A stretch of 64,000 nt of DNA from an uncultured Candidatus Babeliaceae bacterium (GTDB lineage: Bacteria; Babelota; Babeliae; Babelales; Babelaceae): assembly GCA_963704655.1 (NCBI GenBank), contig OY969927.1, forward strand, positions 960,001 through 1,024,000, given 5' to 3'. Positions within the stretch are counted from its first letter, which is position 1. Every line of letters begins with the position of its first letter. Positions 29,070 through 39,050 of this stretch are shown here, piece after piece. Under the pieces are notes generated by a model. The model searched no databases. It saw only the letters and a list, made by a program, of their open reading frames with translations, and was not told the origin of the DNA. Position numbers and translations under genes: made by a program.

Positions 29070-30071
29070 ATGGAAATGATAGTATATAACTACACCGGAG
29101 TTGGCATTATCTTTTTGGCATCATTAATCGTTCTTTTAGGATTATTTCTCCTGAAATCGATATATCTGGTGCAACAAGCAGAAGCTATTGTTATTGAGCG
29201 CTTTGGTAAATACCATCGCACGCTCGGCGCAGGAATTCACTTTGTAGTGCCATTTATGGATGCTGCAAGATCAGTTTCTTGGACGTATTTTAAAGAAGAG
29301 GCACGTCGCTACTACCGCTATATGAGAAACTTATCTGTTATCGATTTGCGTGAAGCAGTGTACGATTTCCCTAAACAAAACGTTATCACAAAAGACAACG
29401 TTACTATGGAAATTAGCGCATTATTATATTATCAAGTTACTGACCCAAAACGCGCAGTATACGAAGTATCTAACTTGCCAGAAGCGATTGAAAAACTTAC
29501 GCACTCAACATTACGTAACGTAATCGGCTCAATGGACCTTGATGAATCTCTCGTTTCACGTGATCAAATAAATATGAGATTGCGTTTAATTCTTGATGAA
29601 GCAAGTGACAAATGGGGCGTTAAAGTCAACCGTGTTGAATTGCAAGAAGTTAATCCACCTGCGGATATTCGTAGCGCTATGGAAAAACAAATGCGTGCAG
29701 AACGCGACCGCCGTGCGGTTATTTTAGAAGCTGAAGGTTTAAAACAAGCTGCTATTTTACAAGCTGAAGGCAAACAACAGTCTCAAGTTCTTGCTGCACG
29801 TGGTGAAGCTGAATCTCGTTTAATTAACGCAGAAGCTGAAGCACAGGCACGCTTGCAAATAGCACTTGCTGAAGCACAGGCTATCGAACGCTTGCAAAAT
29901 GCATTGCCACATGGTGATTCTGCACAGTACATGCTCACACAGCAGTACATCAAAACGTTACCTTCTATGATGGAAGGCAAAGATAACAAAATGATACTAG
30001 TCCCTTATGAGGCTACCAGTATCATGGGGTCTTTAGCAACCATCAAAGAGCTTTTTAACGACAAAAAATAG
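29070..30071 (+). CDS. SPFH/stomatin-like protein (QmcA type)
   Basis: IERFGKY, QNVITKDNV, WGVKVNRVEL and MEKQMRAER. Confidence 0.95.
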   Translation: MEMIVYNYTGVGIIFLASLIVLLGLFLLKSIYLVQQAEAIVIERFGKYHRTLGAGIHFVVPFMDAARSVSWTYFKEEARRYYRYMRNLSVIDLREAVYDFPKQNVITKDNVTMEISALLYYQVTDPKRAVYEVSNLPEAIEKLTHSTLRNVIGSMDLDESLVSRDQINMRLRLILDEASDKWGVKVNRVELQEVNPPADIRSAMEKQMRAERDRRAVILEAEGLKQAAILQAEGKQQSQVLAARGEAESRLINAEAEAQARLQIALAEAQAIERLQNALPHGDSAQYMLTQQYIKTLPSMMEGKDNKMILVPYEATSIMGSLATIKELFNDKK

Positions 30072-30077
30072 CATAAG

Positions 30078-30221
30078 ATCCCGGATCTCGCTAACCCTTC
30101 GACAGGCTCAGGATGAGCGAGTCTTTAGTGCTGAGCGAAGTCGAAGTAGCTTTCGGCATTCACTCTGGGTGAGCGGTCTTGGATCCGCTCATGGTGAGCG
30201 AAGTCGAATCCATTTGAGCGG
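30078..30221. repeat. Family-A palindromic repeat cluster (several units in both orientations)
   Basis: cccttcgacaggctcaggatgagcg, gctgagcgaagtcgaag and ccgctcatggtgagcgaagtcgaatcca. Confidence 0.85.
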
Positions 30222-30304
30222 TTTTAAACAATTCTAAACAGAAAAGCGAGCCTAAAAACTCGCTTTTTTATGCAAAAACACCCTTTTTTAAATATCGAAA
30301 ACCA

Positions 30305-30334
30305 TTGACAATTTGTATTTAAATCTGTCATAAT
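30305..30334 (+). promoter_or_regulatory. Sigma70-type promoter
   Basis: TTGACA-18 bp-CATAAT with an extended -10 TG. Confidence 0.55.
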
Positions 30335-30387
30335 GAAAATATACTCAGAAAAATAGAGTGTTTTTAATAAAAAAAAGGGAGTAAATC

Positions 30388-30924
30388 ATGAAAAATATAC
30401 TTAAACTAACAACTATTTCGTTATTACTTGTAGGCGCAGATGCTTTTGCATATGCAAAAAAAGCGGATGATGCAACTGGTACAACAACAACTGAAACACG
30501 TACATATCATCATAAAGATCATATAATACACAAACACAGAAATACCTTTACGGCACTTAATAGTCAACATACTTTAAGTACGTTTACGGACACGGTTAAA
30601 CAGGACCCTGAGTTAGTGAACACGCTTAAAGCTGGTGATTATACAGTTTTCGCACCGATTAATAAAGCTCTTAAAGCAGATAAGACCTTAGGTATAAAAG
30701 TAATTAACACTAAAGATTATATTGTGCCTGGGAAATTAAGTGTTTCTGACTTACGAACAAAAGCTAATAAAAAAGAATCGTTAGTTACTCTAGCTGGAAC
30801 AGATCTTTCTGTTGAACATAAAGATAATCATATCTATGTTAACGGTGTAAAAGTAACACGAGTAAATGAAATACATACCGGAAAAGGTAATGTTTACTTA
30901 ATAGATACAACAATTGTTAAGTAA
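30388..30924 (+). CDS. Fasciclin (FAS1) domain secreted protein
   Basis: YTVFAPIN.A (H1), YIVPG and GNVYLID (H2). Confidence 0.85.
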   Translation: MKNILKLTTISLLLVGADAFAYAKKADDATGTTTTETRTYHHKDHIIHKHRNTFTALNSQHTLSTFTDTVKQDPELVNTLKAGDYTVFAPINKALKADKTLGIKVINTKDYIVPGKLSVSDLRTKANKKESLVTLAGTDLSVEHKDNHIYVNGVKVTRVNEIHTGKGNVYLIDTTIVK

Positions 30925-31116
30925 GTTTTAAACTATTCTTTAGTAATTATGGGCCCCTTAATTGGGGCCCGTTTTAATTATATCCCCATACAAAAAAGCT
31001 AATTTACTTTCCTCTATAAATAATATTGACAAATAGCAATCAATATCCTCATGCTTAAAGTAGTAATAATTAATTTTATTACTTAACTCTAAAATGGGAA
31101 CTAAGGGGAATAAATC

Positions 31117-31956
31117 ATGAACAGTCAAAGATGGATAGTTTTATTATTTACGACAAGTATTTGTTTAACCCTCTCGTTACAAGCTGTTAGATTGCGCTTT
31201 ATCCTAGAAAACAATACGGGTGCCAACCTTTTTGCATGTTTACGAACCCATGATAGCAACCCGCTCAACGAAGCCGAGATGCGTCCTGGTGAGCGAGAAA
31301 ATATTTATACTGAAAGCTTTAAAAAAGGGATCACCCGATTCATCTTTAAATTAGAAACAAATAACGAAGTTACAAACTATGAAGTCGTATATAATAGCCA
31401 AGCAAAGATGCTACAATTGCAAAGGGAAGGGATTGTCTTTGATGAAACCTCTTATAATGCTGATAAAGCTGAATATCCTCCAGTCATTCTTATAGACAAA
31501 AAACTAGATGCTTATTTCGACAACGAATCTATTTATAATAATGAAAAAGTTACCGGCAGAAACACACCTAATAGCGTCGGCTATAAACCTAGCTTATATC
31601 TTGGCGATAGCGGCCCAAAAGAGCTACGTCGTGATCAAAATAGGTTCTGCCCAAAACACTCTAAATGTCGTAATGACCTTGCGCGTTTAAGCGCGTATGT
31701 TGGCGAGTGCAATCACCAAAAACCACACGATAATTTGAATCCATTCTGTAAAAAGAAAAAAATCTGTTGGCGCGACAAACGCTTTGAATACTGCTCTAAA
31801 GAAAAAATAATAACTGTTGTGACCCCTAGCGTGACCCCACGCAAGCGAGTTATTCCTGCAAACTGCGCTAAAATAAGAAAAAACGGCGTTAAGGGATGCA
31901 CACAAACAGGAAGAGTCAAACAACGACGCGAAGTTATAAAACAAAGAAATGCATAA
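31117..31956 (+). CDS. Hypothetical secreted protein with a Cys/Lys-rich C-terminus
   Basis: Signal peptide, LENNTG motif and multiple Cys. Confidence 0.6.
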   Translation: MNSQRWIVLLFTTSICLTLSLQAVRLRFILENNTGANLFACLRTHDSNPLNEAEMRPGERENIYTESFKKGITRFIFKLETNNEVTNYEVVYNSQAKMLQLQREGIVFDETSYNADKAEYPPVILIDKKLDAYFDNESIYNNEKVTGRNTPNSVGYKPSLYLGDSGPKELRRDQNRFCPKHSKCRNDLARLSAYVGECNHQKPHDNLNPFCKKKKICWRDKRFEYCSKEKIITVVTPSVTPRKRVIPANCAKIRKNGVKGCTQTGRVKQRREVIKQRNA

Positions 31957-31965
31957 ATTCTTACT

Positions 31966-32002
31966 AAAAAAAAGGGCCGGGAAGTTTTCCCGGCCCTTTT
32001 TT
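31966..32002. terminator. Bidirectional intrinsic terminator
   Basis: A-run gggccgggaa-loop-ttcccggccc T-run between convergent genes. Confidence 0.85.
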
Positions 32003-32016
32003 ATCTTAGATCAACT

Positions 32017-32421
32017 TTAAATACTGAAAAGTTGCTTAAGTTCACGACGTGCCGTTTCAGGCGCATCAGAACCATGAGTTGCATTATACGAAATGTTTTT
32101 ACCAAACATTCTGCGTAATGACCCTACAGCAGCCTTTTCTGGGTTTGTTGCACCCATAAAATCACGCCATTCTTGAATAGCATTCTCTTTAGAGAGCGCC
32201 ATAACAATAGCTGGACCAGCGATCATATTATCAACCAATTCACCAAAAAATGGGCGCTCTTTATGAACTTCATAAAAATCTTGCGCATCTTTTTCGGTAA
32301 ATTGCATTTTTCTCATATGCTCAATTTTAAAACCATTAAGCTCGATAAGATTAATAATTTGACCAGCAAATCCCTCTTGGACTGCATGAGGCTTAATAAT
32401 AGCACATGTTTTTTCTACCAT
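32017..32421 (-). CDS. ndk: Nucleoside diphosphate kinase
   Basis: EKTCAIIKP, FYEVHKERPFF, MGATNP and NATHGSD. Confidence 0.98.
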   Translation of the reverse strand: MVEKTCAIIKPHAVQEGFAGQIINLIELNGFKIEHMRKMQFTEKDAQDFYEVHKERPFFGELVDNMIAGPAIVMALSKENAIQEWRDFMGATNPEKAAVGSLRRMFGKNISYNATHGSDAPETARRELKQLFSI

Positions 32422-32431
32422 GTCGCTTTCC

Positions 32432-34237
32432 TTATTCTTCATCGTGTGAGCTTTTACGTGCAGCATGTTTTTCAAGTTCTAATTGGAACTGTGATTTGCC
32501 TTTAGGGGCTTCTTGCTGCTTACGTTGCTGTTGTGCAGGTTTTTCTGACGCTTGGTTAGGCTGTTGTCTTCTGCCGCCACGTTTTTCAACATGTTCTTCT
32601 GAAGTGTTCAACGTTAAACCAAGTTTATGATCTTCTTGGCTCACTTTGATAACCTTAAATTCAGCCGCTTGGCCTACTTTAAGAGCATCAGCTTGAGCTT
32701 GTGGGAATTCAGAAATATGAACGAGCCCTTCAATTCCAGAAGGAAGCTTAACAAATGCACCAAAGTCAGTAATTTTTGTAACTTCACCAGAAACAACGGT
32801 ACCAACTGGGTATTTTTGTTCAATATTTTCCCATGGATTTTCAGTCAATTGCTTAATACCAAGGGAGATTTTTTTCTTCTGTTTATTGATATCGGTAATA
32901 ATTGCTTCAACTTCATCACCCTTTTTGAAGATGTCAGCTGGATGTTTCACATGTTCGGTCCATGAAAGGTCAGAAATGTGCACAAGGCCATCAACACCGG
33001 GCATAAGTTGAACAAAGATACCAAAGTCAGTAATATTACTTACTTTACCGGTAATACGTTGACCAATGGTAAATTGATCAGCAATTGCTTCCCATGGATT
33101 TTTTTCAAGCTGTTTAATGCTTAAAGACATACGTCTGTTTTCTTTATCTAAAGAAACAACAAGCGCTTCGATTTCTTGGCCTACTTTGTAGTGCTTATGT
33201 AAATCTGTTATGCGGTCTGTCCATGAAATTTCAGAAATATGGACCAACCCTTCTACGCCTTTTGCAACTTCAATAAATAGACCGTAGTCTGTAATGCTTG
33301 CAATAATGCCTTTAACTTTTTCACCAACTTTGACAGATTCAGGAAGTTGTTCCCATGGATTACCAGCAAGTTGCTTAATACCCAATGAGATTTTTTCGTT
33401 ATCTTTATCAAGAGTAAGTACTTTAACCGTTACGGTATCGCCAATTTTGACCATCTCACTTGGATGAGCAATGCGACCCCAGGTCATGTCAGTAATATGC
33501 AGCAAGCCGTCTACGCCACCGATATCAATAAAGACACCGTAATTTGTGATGTTTTTAACGGTTCCCTGAATAACTTGACCAACTGATAAGTCATCAAGAA
33601 CTTTCTTGCGAGACTCAGCGCGTTGTTCACCAAGGTATTTACGACGGGAAATAATAACATTGCCACGTTTTTGGTTAACTTTGATAATGTAAGCAGTAAT
33701 GGTTTGACCAACAAAGGTATCAAAATCTGCAACGCGTTGCACATCAACCTGTGAACCAGGTAAGAATGCAGGCATACCGATATCGACGCTTAAGCCACCT
33801 TTAACTTTATGAAGAACGGTACCTTCAACAGGTTTACCTTCTTCAAACATTTTCATAATAACCGCCCATGCTTTTTGTGCTTTTGCTTTTTCATAAGACA
33901 AAATCACATTGCCATCGGCATTTTCTAGTTCGTCGATGATTACTTCAATCGGCGCGCCAGTTGTTAATTTTTTAAATTCATGCTCGCTGAATTCATATAA
34001 TGGAATAAGACCATCAGATTTGAATCCAATATCCACAAGCACTCCATCGCTGCTTGTACGCAATACAACACCTTGAATAATTGAACCCTGTTTATAGGTA
34101 TCAAGGGTACCGGTATACAATGAAGCAAGTTCTTTGATTTGATCTTCATTGAGTACGAAGTCTGCAGGCATAGAAACTGCTTGCACATGCGCAAATTGGC
34201 GGGGATTTATACGTTCTTTTGACATCAACTGCTCCAT
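32432..34237 (-). CDS. rpsA: 30S ribosomal protein S1
   Basis: Six S1 repeats (e.g. ITNYGVFIDIGGVDGLLHITDMTW). Confidence 0.99.
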   Translation of the reverse strand: MEQLMSKERINPRQFAHVQAVSMPADFVLNEDQIKELASLYTGTLDTYKQGSIIQGVVLRTSSDGVLVDIGFKSDGLIPLYEFSEHEFKKLTTGAPIEVIIDELENADGNVILSYEKAKAQKAWAVIMKMFEEGKPVEGTVLHKVKGGLSVDIGMPAFLPGSQVDVQRVADFDTFVGQTITAYIIKVNQKRGNVIISRRKYLGEQRAESRKKVLDDLSVGQVIQGTVKNITNYGVFIDIGGVDGLLHITDMTWGRIAHPSEMVKIGDTVTVKVLTLDKDNEKISLGIKQLAGNPWEQLPESVKVGEKVKGIIASITDYGLFIEVAKGVEGLVHISEISWTDRITDLHKHYKVGQEIEALVVSLDKENRRMSLSIKQLEKNPWEAIADQFTIGQRITGKVSNITDFGIFVQLMPGVDGLVHISDLSWTEHVKHPADIFKKGDEVEAIITDINKQKKKISLGIKQLTENPWENIEQKYPVGTVVSGEVTKITDFGAFVKLPSGIEGLVHISEFPQAQADALKVGQAAEFKVIKVSQEDHKLGLTLNTSEEHVEKRGGRRQQPNQASEKPAQQQRKQQEAPKGKSQFQLELEKHAARKSSHDEE

Positions 34238-34377
34238 AATCGTCCATTTTCGCGGCAGTTAGTGCAAAAATGGGTTTAAAATGTTAAAAATAGAGAATAA
34301 TACTTATTTTAGTATAGACGGGATAATTTTTTTTTCAATTATTATAAAAATAGTACGTTCGATGTCCACAAAAGCTA

Positions 34378-34686
34378 TTATCTTCTAAGGTTAAACCAGC
34401 TTGGATGCGCTCTCACAAACCCTACAATACAGTCTGGATGTGCCCTCACAAAACCTTTACCAAGAATAATGCCAACTTCATAGGCACAATACATAAGTAA
34501 ACCAACTTTTATAATTTCTTTTACTAGATCTCTGGCATCAACTTCCACAGAGACGTTTTCGCTCGATACTTCTATTATTTTCTCTGAAGAATTCATTTTT
34601 TCTTCTTGACTCAAAGCGGCGACAGGAGAATTGACTACAGACAACAGGACTATAAACAAGAATATAGGCGATTTAAAAAAAGACAT
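34378..34686 (-). CDS. Hypothetical secreted/membrane protein
   Basis: Signal peptide and a duplicated GFVRAHP motif. Confidence 0.5.
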   Translation of the reverse strand: MSFFKSPIFLFIVLLSVVNSPVAALSQEEKMNSSEKIIEVSSENVSVEVDARDLVKEIIKVGLLMYCAYEVGIILGKGFVRAHPDCIVGFVRAHPSWFNLRR

Positions 34687-34793
34687 ACTTAACCTTAACT
34701 TTTTTAGACTTATTTAGATTTAAATTAAACTATAATATTATATTTTAATATTAATTAAGATCTAAACACAAGTCAAAAAAACGTCCGAAAAAT

Positions 34794-35252
34794 TCAAGAT
34801 TTAATAAACTCTTGTAGAGTGGGACTCGCTTCAATGATCAATCTATCCCAGCCAGCAGGATCTGCATAGGCATGCAATTTAACATAAAGGCCTTTTAAGA
34901 GAGCAAGTGCTTTATTAACATCGCCAGCCTGTGCGAAATGTATAGCTGAAGACCTCGCTATGGTGTACATAGTAGTAACCCTTGCCTGAATCAATTGCTC
35001 TTTAAGGCTCAAATCTTCAGGGAAAAACCCTTTTATAAGGTTAAATTCCTGTTCGCAACGGTCAAATTCTTGAAGACATAGGACTTCAACGGGTGTTTTT
35101 GCCTCAAAAAAGAACTCCGCCTCCTGCTTATTTGCCAAATTTAGGCTGTTTGGAGTATCTTGGGCTACCAAACTAGGACAAACCGATAAAACGAGCGTTA
35201 AAATCGATTTTTGAAGGATATTTGTGCATTTTGACGCATTACTATTGTTCAT
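34794..35252 (-). CDS. Hypothetical secreted helical protein
   Basis: Signal-like segment; no recognisable domain. Confidence 0.55.
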   Translation of the reverse strand: MNNSNASKCTNILQKSILTLVLSVCPSLVAQDTPNSLNLANKQEAEFFFEAKTPVEVLCLQEFDRCEQEFNLIKGFFPEDLSLKEQLIQARVTTMYTIARSSAIHFAQAGDVNKALALLKGLYVKLHAYADPAGWDRLIIEASPTLQEFIKS

Positions 35253-35397
35253 TTTTCACTCTTTCTATTATTTTTATATCAAATTATATAGTACTTACCC
35301 AGAGTATAGCATACCAAAAGTGCTTTATTCAAGAGATTTTTACAAGAAAGGCCCGGGTTTTAAACCGGGCCTTTTGTATCTTAAAAAGATATTTATA

Positions 35398-36210
35398 TTA
35401 TTTCTTGCTTAAGATGCCTTGTGCTGCATAAAGATTAAGTCTTTTGGTTAACATATATTGAACCAATAACGCTGCATCTTTTACTTGTTTAGCCTGAGAC
35501 GCTATAACACTGTGATTAATATTTGCATTAACAGAAGTTTTTAAGGTCTCTACTTGCTTAAGAAAGTTATCGATTGCCTGAGCTTCACCTTGGTAGTACC
35601 AAGAACCGATACCACATGTATAGTTAACCGGGATATATATGTCGCATGCAGATAAAAGAATGCGTCTTTCATTACGAATATTATTCACTGAAGTATCAAA
35701 CGCGGTAACTGCCGCCAATGGATTATCGATAAAATTCTGTAATTTAATATATTCTTTTTCAACAACACCAGATGAAGAACGGTTAAGGATATATATAGTA
35801 ACAAGGGCACCAGCAACTAATGTAACCTGAGGGTGATCATAAATAAATTTACCAGCACCATGCAAGGTATTTTTTGCCAAGCCACCAAAGTCAACAGCTG
35901 CTGAGCAGGTTTCACTTGTTGCCGCATAGGTATTATTCCAAGCTGGAGTAGCATACTCTTTGTTTATATAAGAAACGTTTTCAGCAGTTGCATGAGCAGT
36001 TTCAGATGTCCATGTAACAGCAGAAGTTATTCCGCCCCATACAGCTCTTCGAGCATCACCAAGAGTAATCGCATCAGCCGTGTTACAAATTGATTGCCAT
36101 AAAGTTACAGGTTGAGTAACAGTTGCAGTAACTACGTTATCAAATTCACCAGGAACCGTAGCTTGTAAACCGAAAGCGACTGTTAATAAAAGGGTTAATA
36201 ATTTTTTCAT
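35398..36210 (-). CDS. Hypothetical secreted protein with an internal TM anchor
   Basis: GGAGG RBS, signal peptide and FIYDHPQVTLVAGALVTIYIL. Confidence 0.65.
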   Translation of the reverse strand: MKKLLTLLLTVAFGLQATVPGEFDNVVTATVTQPVTLWQSICNTADAITLGDARRAVWGGITSAVTWTSETAHATAENVSYINKEYATPAWNNTYAATSETCSAAVDFGGLAKNTLHGAGKFIYDHPQVTLVAGALVTIYILNRSSSGVVEKEYIKLQNFIDNPLAAVTAFDTSVNNIRNERRILLSACDIYIPVNYTCGIGSWYYQGEAQAIDNFLKQVETLKTSVNANINHSVIASQAKQVKDAALLVQYMLTKRLNLYAAQGILSKK

Positions 36211-36275
36211 GATACCTCCATATCAATTTTATACAAGAGCATATTTTCATATGCCTATATATTTTTATTTAAAAT

Positions 36276-36539
36276 TTAGATGCAGCTTGAATGAAAAAGT
36301 CTAAATTCCGCATTTTTATCAAAATGTTTTTTGATTTTATAAGCTAAGTAAGAAACTGTAAGAACCACAGTAACTTCAGTTATTGCGTATTTATTGACTT
36401 CAACAAAAGTGAGAACCGAGTCTTGTGCTGATTCTATATAGTGTGAATAATTACGACCAGGAGCAACTGGCTCATTTTCAGAAGCCTGTGCAGTTGTTAC
36501 GCCTACCAAAAGAACTAAAGTTAGTAATATGCGTTTCAT
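36276..36539 (-). CDS. Secreted tail-anchored family protein
   Basis: MKRILLTL signal and NKY..TM..YK motif. Confidence 0.6.
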   Translation of the reverse strand: MKRILLTLVLLVGVTTAQASENEPVAPGRNYSHYIESAQDSVLTFVEVNKYAITEVTVVLTVSYLAYKIKKHFDKNAEFRLFHSSCI

Positions 36540-36612
36540 AATAATGACCTCCATGGACTTTATTTAAAGGGGATGATTTTTCACATCCCCTTTAGTTTTT
36601 TTCTTTAAGCAA

Positions 36613-37059
36613 CTAAAAAGAAGCGTTTTTATTTTTAGAAGGCTTCATAGTACAAAGTTTATAAACACCGAAAGAACCTGCTGCAATAGCAACAATTGCT
36701 AATGTGTATTTATTGTTTTTAGCTACTTCAAGCGTTGCGCCAGGAAGCTGAGGAGCAAAATCTTTAGCAGATTTCAACATCTCTGCTGAATTGCCAACAA
36801 TTTCAGAGCCTGTTGCATAAACCATGTTTGAAGCATCAATAACAGCTTTAATTACCGGCTCGTTTGCAGCAACTTTTGCTTCACGGCTAACGACGTTAGA
36901 AGCCGCTTCAAACCATAAACTTACTTGACGTAAAACAAAATTGTAGGTGCTTTCAGGGAAAGCGGCGAGCATCAATGTCTCTTCTTCAGGTGTAAATCTA
37001 GTAGCTTGAGTTTGTGCAACTGCGCCTAAAAGCGCTAAAGTTAATAATATTCGTTTCAT
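36613..37059 (-). CDS. Secreted tail-anchored family protein
   Basis: MKRILLTLALLG and NNKYTLAIVAIAAGSFGVYK. Confidence 0.65.
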   Translation of the reverse strand: MKRILLTLALLGAVAQTQATRFTPEEETLMLAAFPESTYNFVLRQVSLWFEAASNVVSREAKVAANEPVIKAVIDASNMVYATGSEIVGNSAEMLKSAKDFAPQLPGATLEVAKNNKYTLAIVAIAAGSFGVYKLCTMKPSKNKNASF

Positions 37060-37299
37060 AATAATGACCTCTCATTTGACTATATAATTGATTAGTTTTT
37101 TATTTCTATTATTAATTATATAATTATTATACATTTTGTCAATTAGCGTCCAAAATACAGCATTTTTATCGCTTAGTTAAAGCATAACATAAGCTTTAAG
37201 GCGCGTCTTTTTGGCGGGCATAACTTGATCAGATCGAAATATCAATTAAATAAAAAAAAGGCATGGCTTTAAGACCATGCCCTTTTTTAGAAATTCTAA

Positions 37300-37887
37300 T
37301 TACTTAGATATCAATAATAGATTTTTAGAGTTGTATAATAAATCTAAAGCTTTGATTTCTGCTTCAACTATTTCATCAAAGAGTTCTTCAAAAGCTTCTC
37401 TTTTCTCTTTTTCACCAACAGTAGATTCATTGAAGTAAGGAAAAATACTTAAAAAATAGTCTGTATAAGATCTATCTTCAAGCGCGCTTCGTTTTTTTGC
37501 ATTAAGGCGTGCAACGGTATCTTTATCGGTTGAGACCGTCTTAGGCAAGTATTTGACGGTATCGTCAATTATTGTCTTCTTAGAAGCCTTAATATCATGA
37601 TATGCCGTAAGGCTTGCGCCTTTAACAAATAAGCCCTTGATATAAGCCTTAAAACTTTCTCTATAATTATGTTTAAAACGAGCTTTGAAAGTTTCGCTCA
37701 TACGCTTTGATGCATCAGAAGGTGAATTAACATAGTTATAAAGTCTATAGCCAGCATAAAGTGCCACACCTGCTGCTAATGGATATTTAACAGTATCAAA
37801 AATTTGCTCCGTATCGATATCCATTAAACCTGCGCGCGCCTGTGAAGTTGCGCCTAAAAGCGCCAAAGTTAGTAATATTCGTTTCAT
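37300..37887 (-). CDS. Secreted anchored family protein
   Basis: MKRILLTLALLG and VKYPLAAGVALYAGYRLY. Confidence 0.65.
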   Translation of the reverse strand: MKRILLTLALLGATSQARAGLMDIDTEQIFDTVKYPLAAGVALYAGYRLYNYVNSPSDASKRMSETFKARFKHNYRESFKAYIKGLFVKGASLTAYHDIKASKKTIIDDTVKYLPKTVSTDKDTVARLNAKKRSALEDRSYTDYFLSIFPYFNESTVGEKEKREAFEELFDEIVEAEIKALDLLYNSKNLLLISK

Positions 37888-38070
37888 AATAATGACCTCC
37901 ATAATAAATGAGACAAAACATTTTTAATCTCATAATTGTCATTATAGCACAAGCTTTTTAAGCCGTCTTTTTAAAGGCAATAGCACTATCTGAACGATAT
38001 ATTAATAAAAAAAGAGGTATAGCTTTAGGCCATACCCCTTTAAAATCTGTAACTAAATAATAATAATTAA

Positions 38071-38856
38071 TTAGTTTTTTGCAGTTTTGTTAGCTGTAGC
38101 ATATTTATATACGCTATAACCAGCAACTGCAACAATAACCGCAGCTGTTAATGAGTATTTGTTATCAACAACAAAAGCTGCTGTTGCTGCCGGAGCTGCT
38201 ATAATAGCTGCGCCTGTTGAACTAACACCGTTTACAACTGCATTTTTAGCTGTTGTAAGGCCATAAGAAACAGATGAAACTGTTGAGCTTACTGCGCCAG
38301 AAAAGTTTTGTACGATAGGTTCTTTTTTGAAATCAGCATAAACAACGCCAGGAGCTGCAATAACCGCTGAACCCATTCCTTGGATTCTTGATAAAATCGT
38401 AGGAGCTGCTGCTTGAGCTGTTGCTGCCGCTTCATTTGCTGTTAAAGCCGCGTCTGCTGCTTTTTGTGCTACTTGAGCTGCTGCATCTGTACCAACAACT
38501 TGAGCTGCTGCTTGAGCCGTTGTTGCTGCTTCTGTTGCTACTACAGCTGCTGTTGTTGCTGCTTGTGCTGCTTGAGTTGCAACTTCTGTACCAGCATTTT
38601 GAACTGCTACTAAAGCTGCTTCTGTTGCAACTTGCGTTGCTACAACTGCATCTTGAGCTGTTGCTACTACAACTGCCGCTGCGTCTTGAACATTAGCGAC
38701 AACAGTTTCTGCTGTTGTTTGAGCTGTTTCAACGATTGAAGCCGCAATTTCAGCTACAGGAGCAATTTCAGCTATAGGAGCTTCAGATGCACGAACTTGG
38801 AAAGTAGCAACAATAGCAAACAATAATGCGATTGCTAAGAATGTACGTTTATTCAT
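38071..38856 (-). CDS. Ala/Thr-rich secreted tail-anchored protein
   Basis: Signal peptide, low-complexity helix and DNKYSLTAAVIVAVAGYSVYKY. Confidence 0.7.
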   Translation of the reverse strand: MNKRTFLAIALLFAIVATFQVRASEAPIAEIAPVAEIAASIVETAQTTAETVVANVQDAAAVVVATAQDAVVATQVATEAALVAVQNAGTEVATQAAQAATTAAVVATEAATTAQAAAQVVGTDAAAQVAQKAADAALTANEAAATAQAAAPTILSRIQGMGSAVIAAPGVVYADFKKEPIVQNFSGAVSSTVSSVSYGLTTAKNAVVNGVSSTGAAIIAAPAATAAFVVDNKYSLTAAVIVAVAGYSVYKYATANKTAKN

Positions 38857-39050
38857 AAAATTACCTTACTTAGGGTTAATATAGTTTTGACAACATAAAA
38901 AATGTAACCCTTCCCTTTATTTTGTCAAGACTTTCTTAATATCAGTCATATTCAGAAATTATCTTTTAACTCGATTTGATGGCACTTTATAGGTTAAAAA
39001 ACATTTTTTACGGAAAAATTAACTCCTTTTTTGAAAAACCCCTTTTTTAA

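Noticed and set aside
28952-30221. Composite transposon carrying the SPFH gene
   Set aside because: No transposase, terminal inverted repeats or target duplication, and nfeD-SPFH is a normal conserved pair.
38421-38696. Leu-rich ORF; also 42340-42918, 27198-27662 and 25609-25938
   Set aside because: Antisense shadows of low-complexity real genes.
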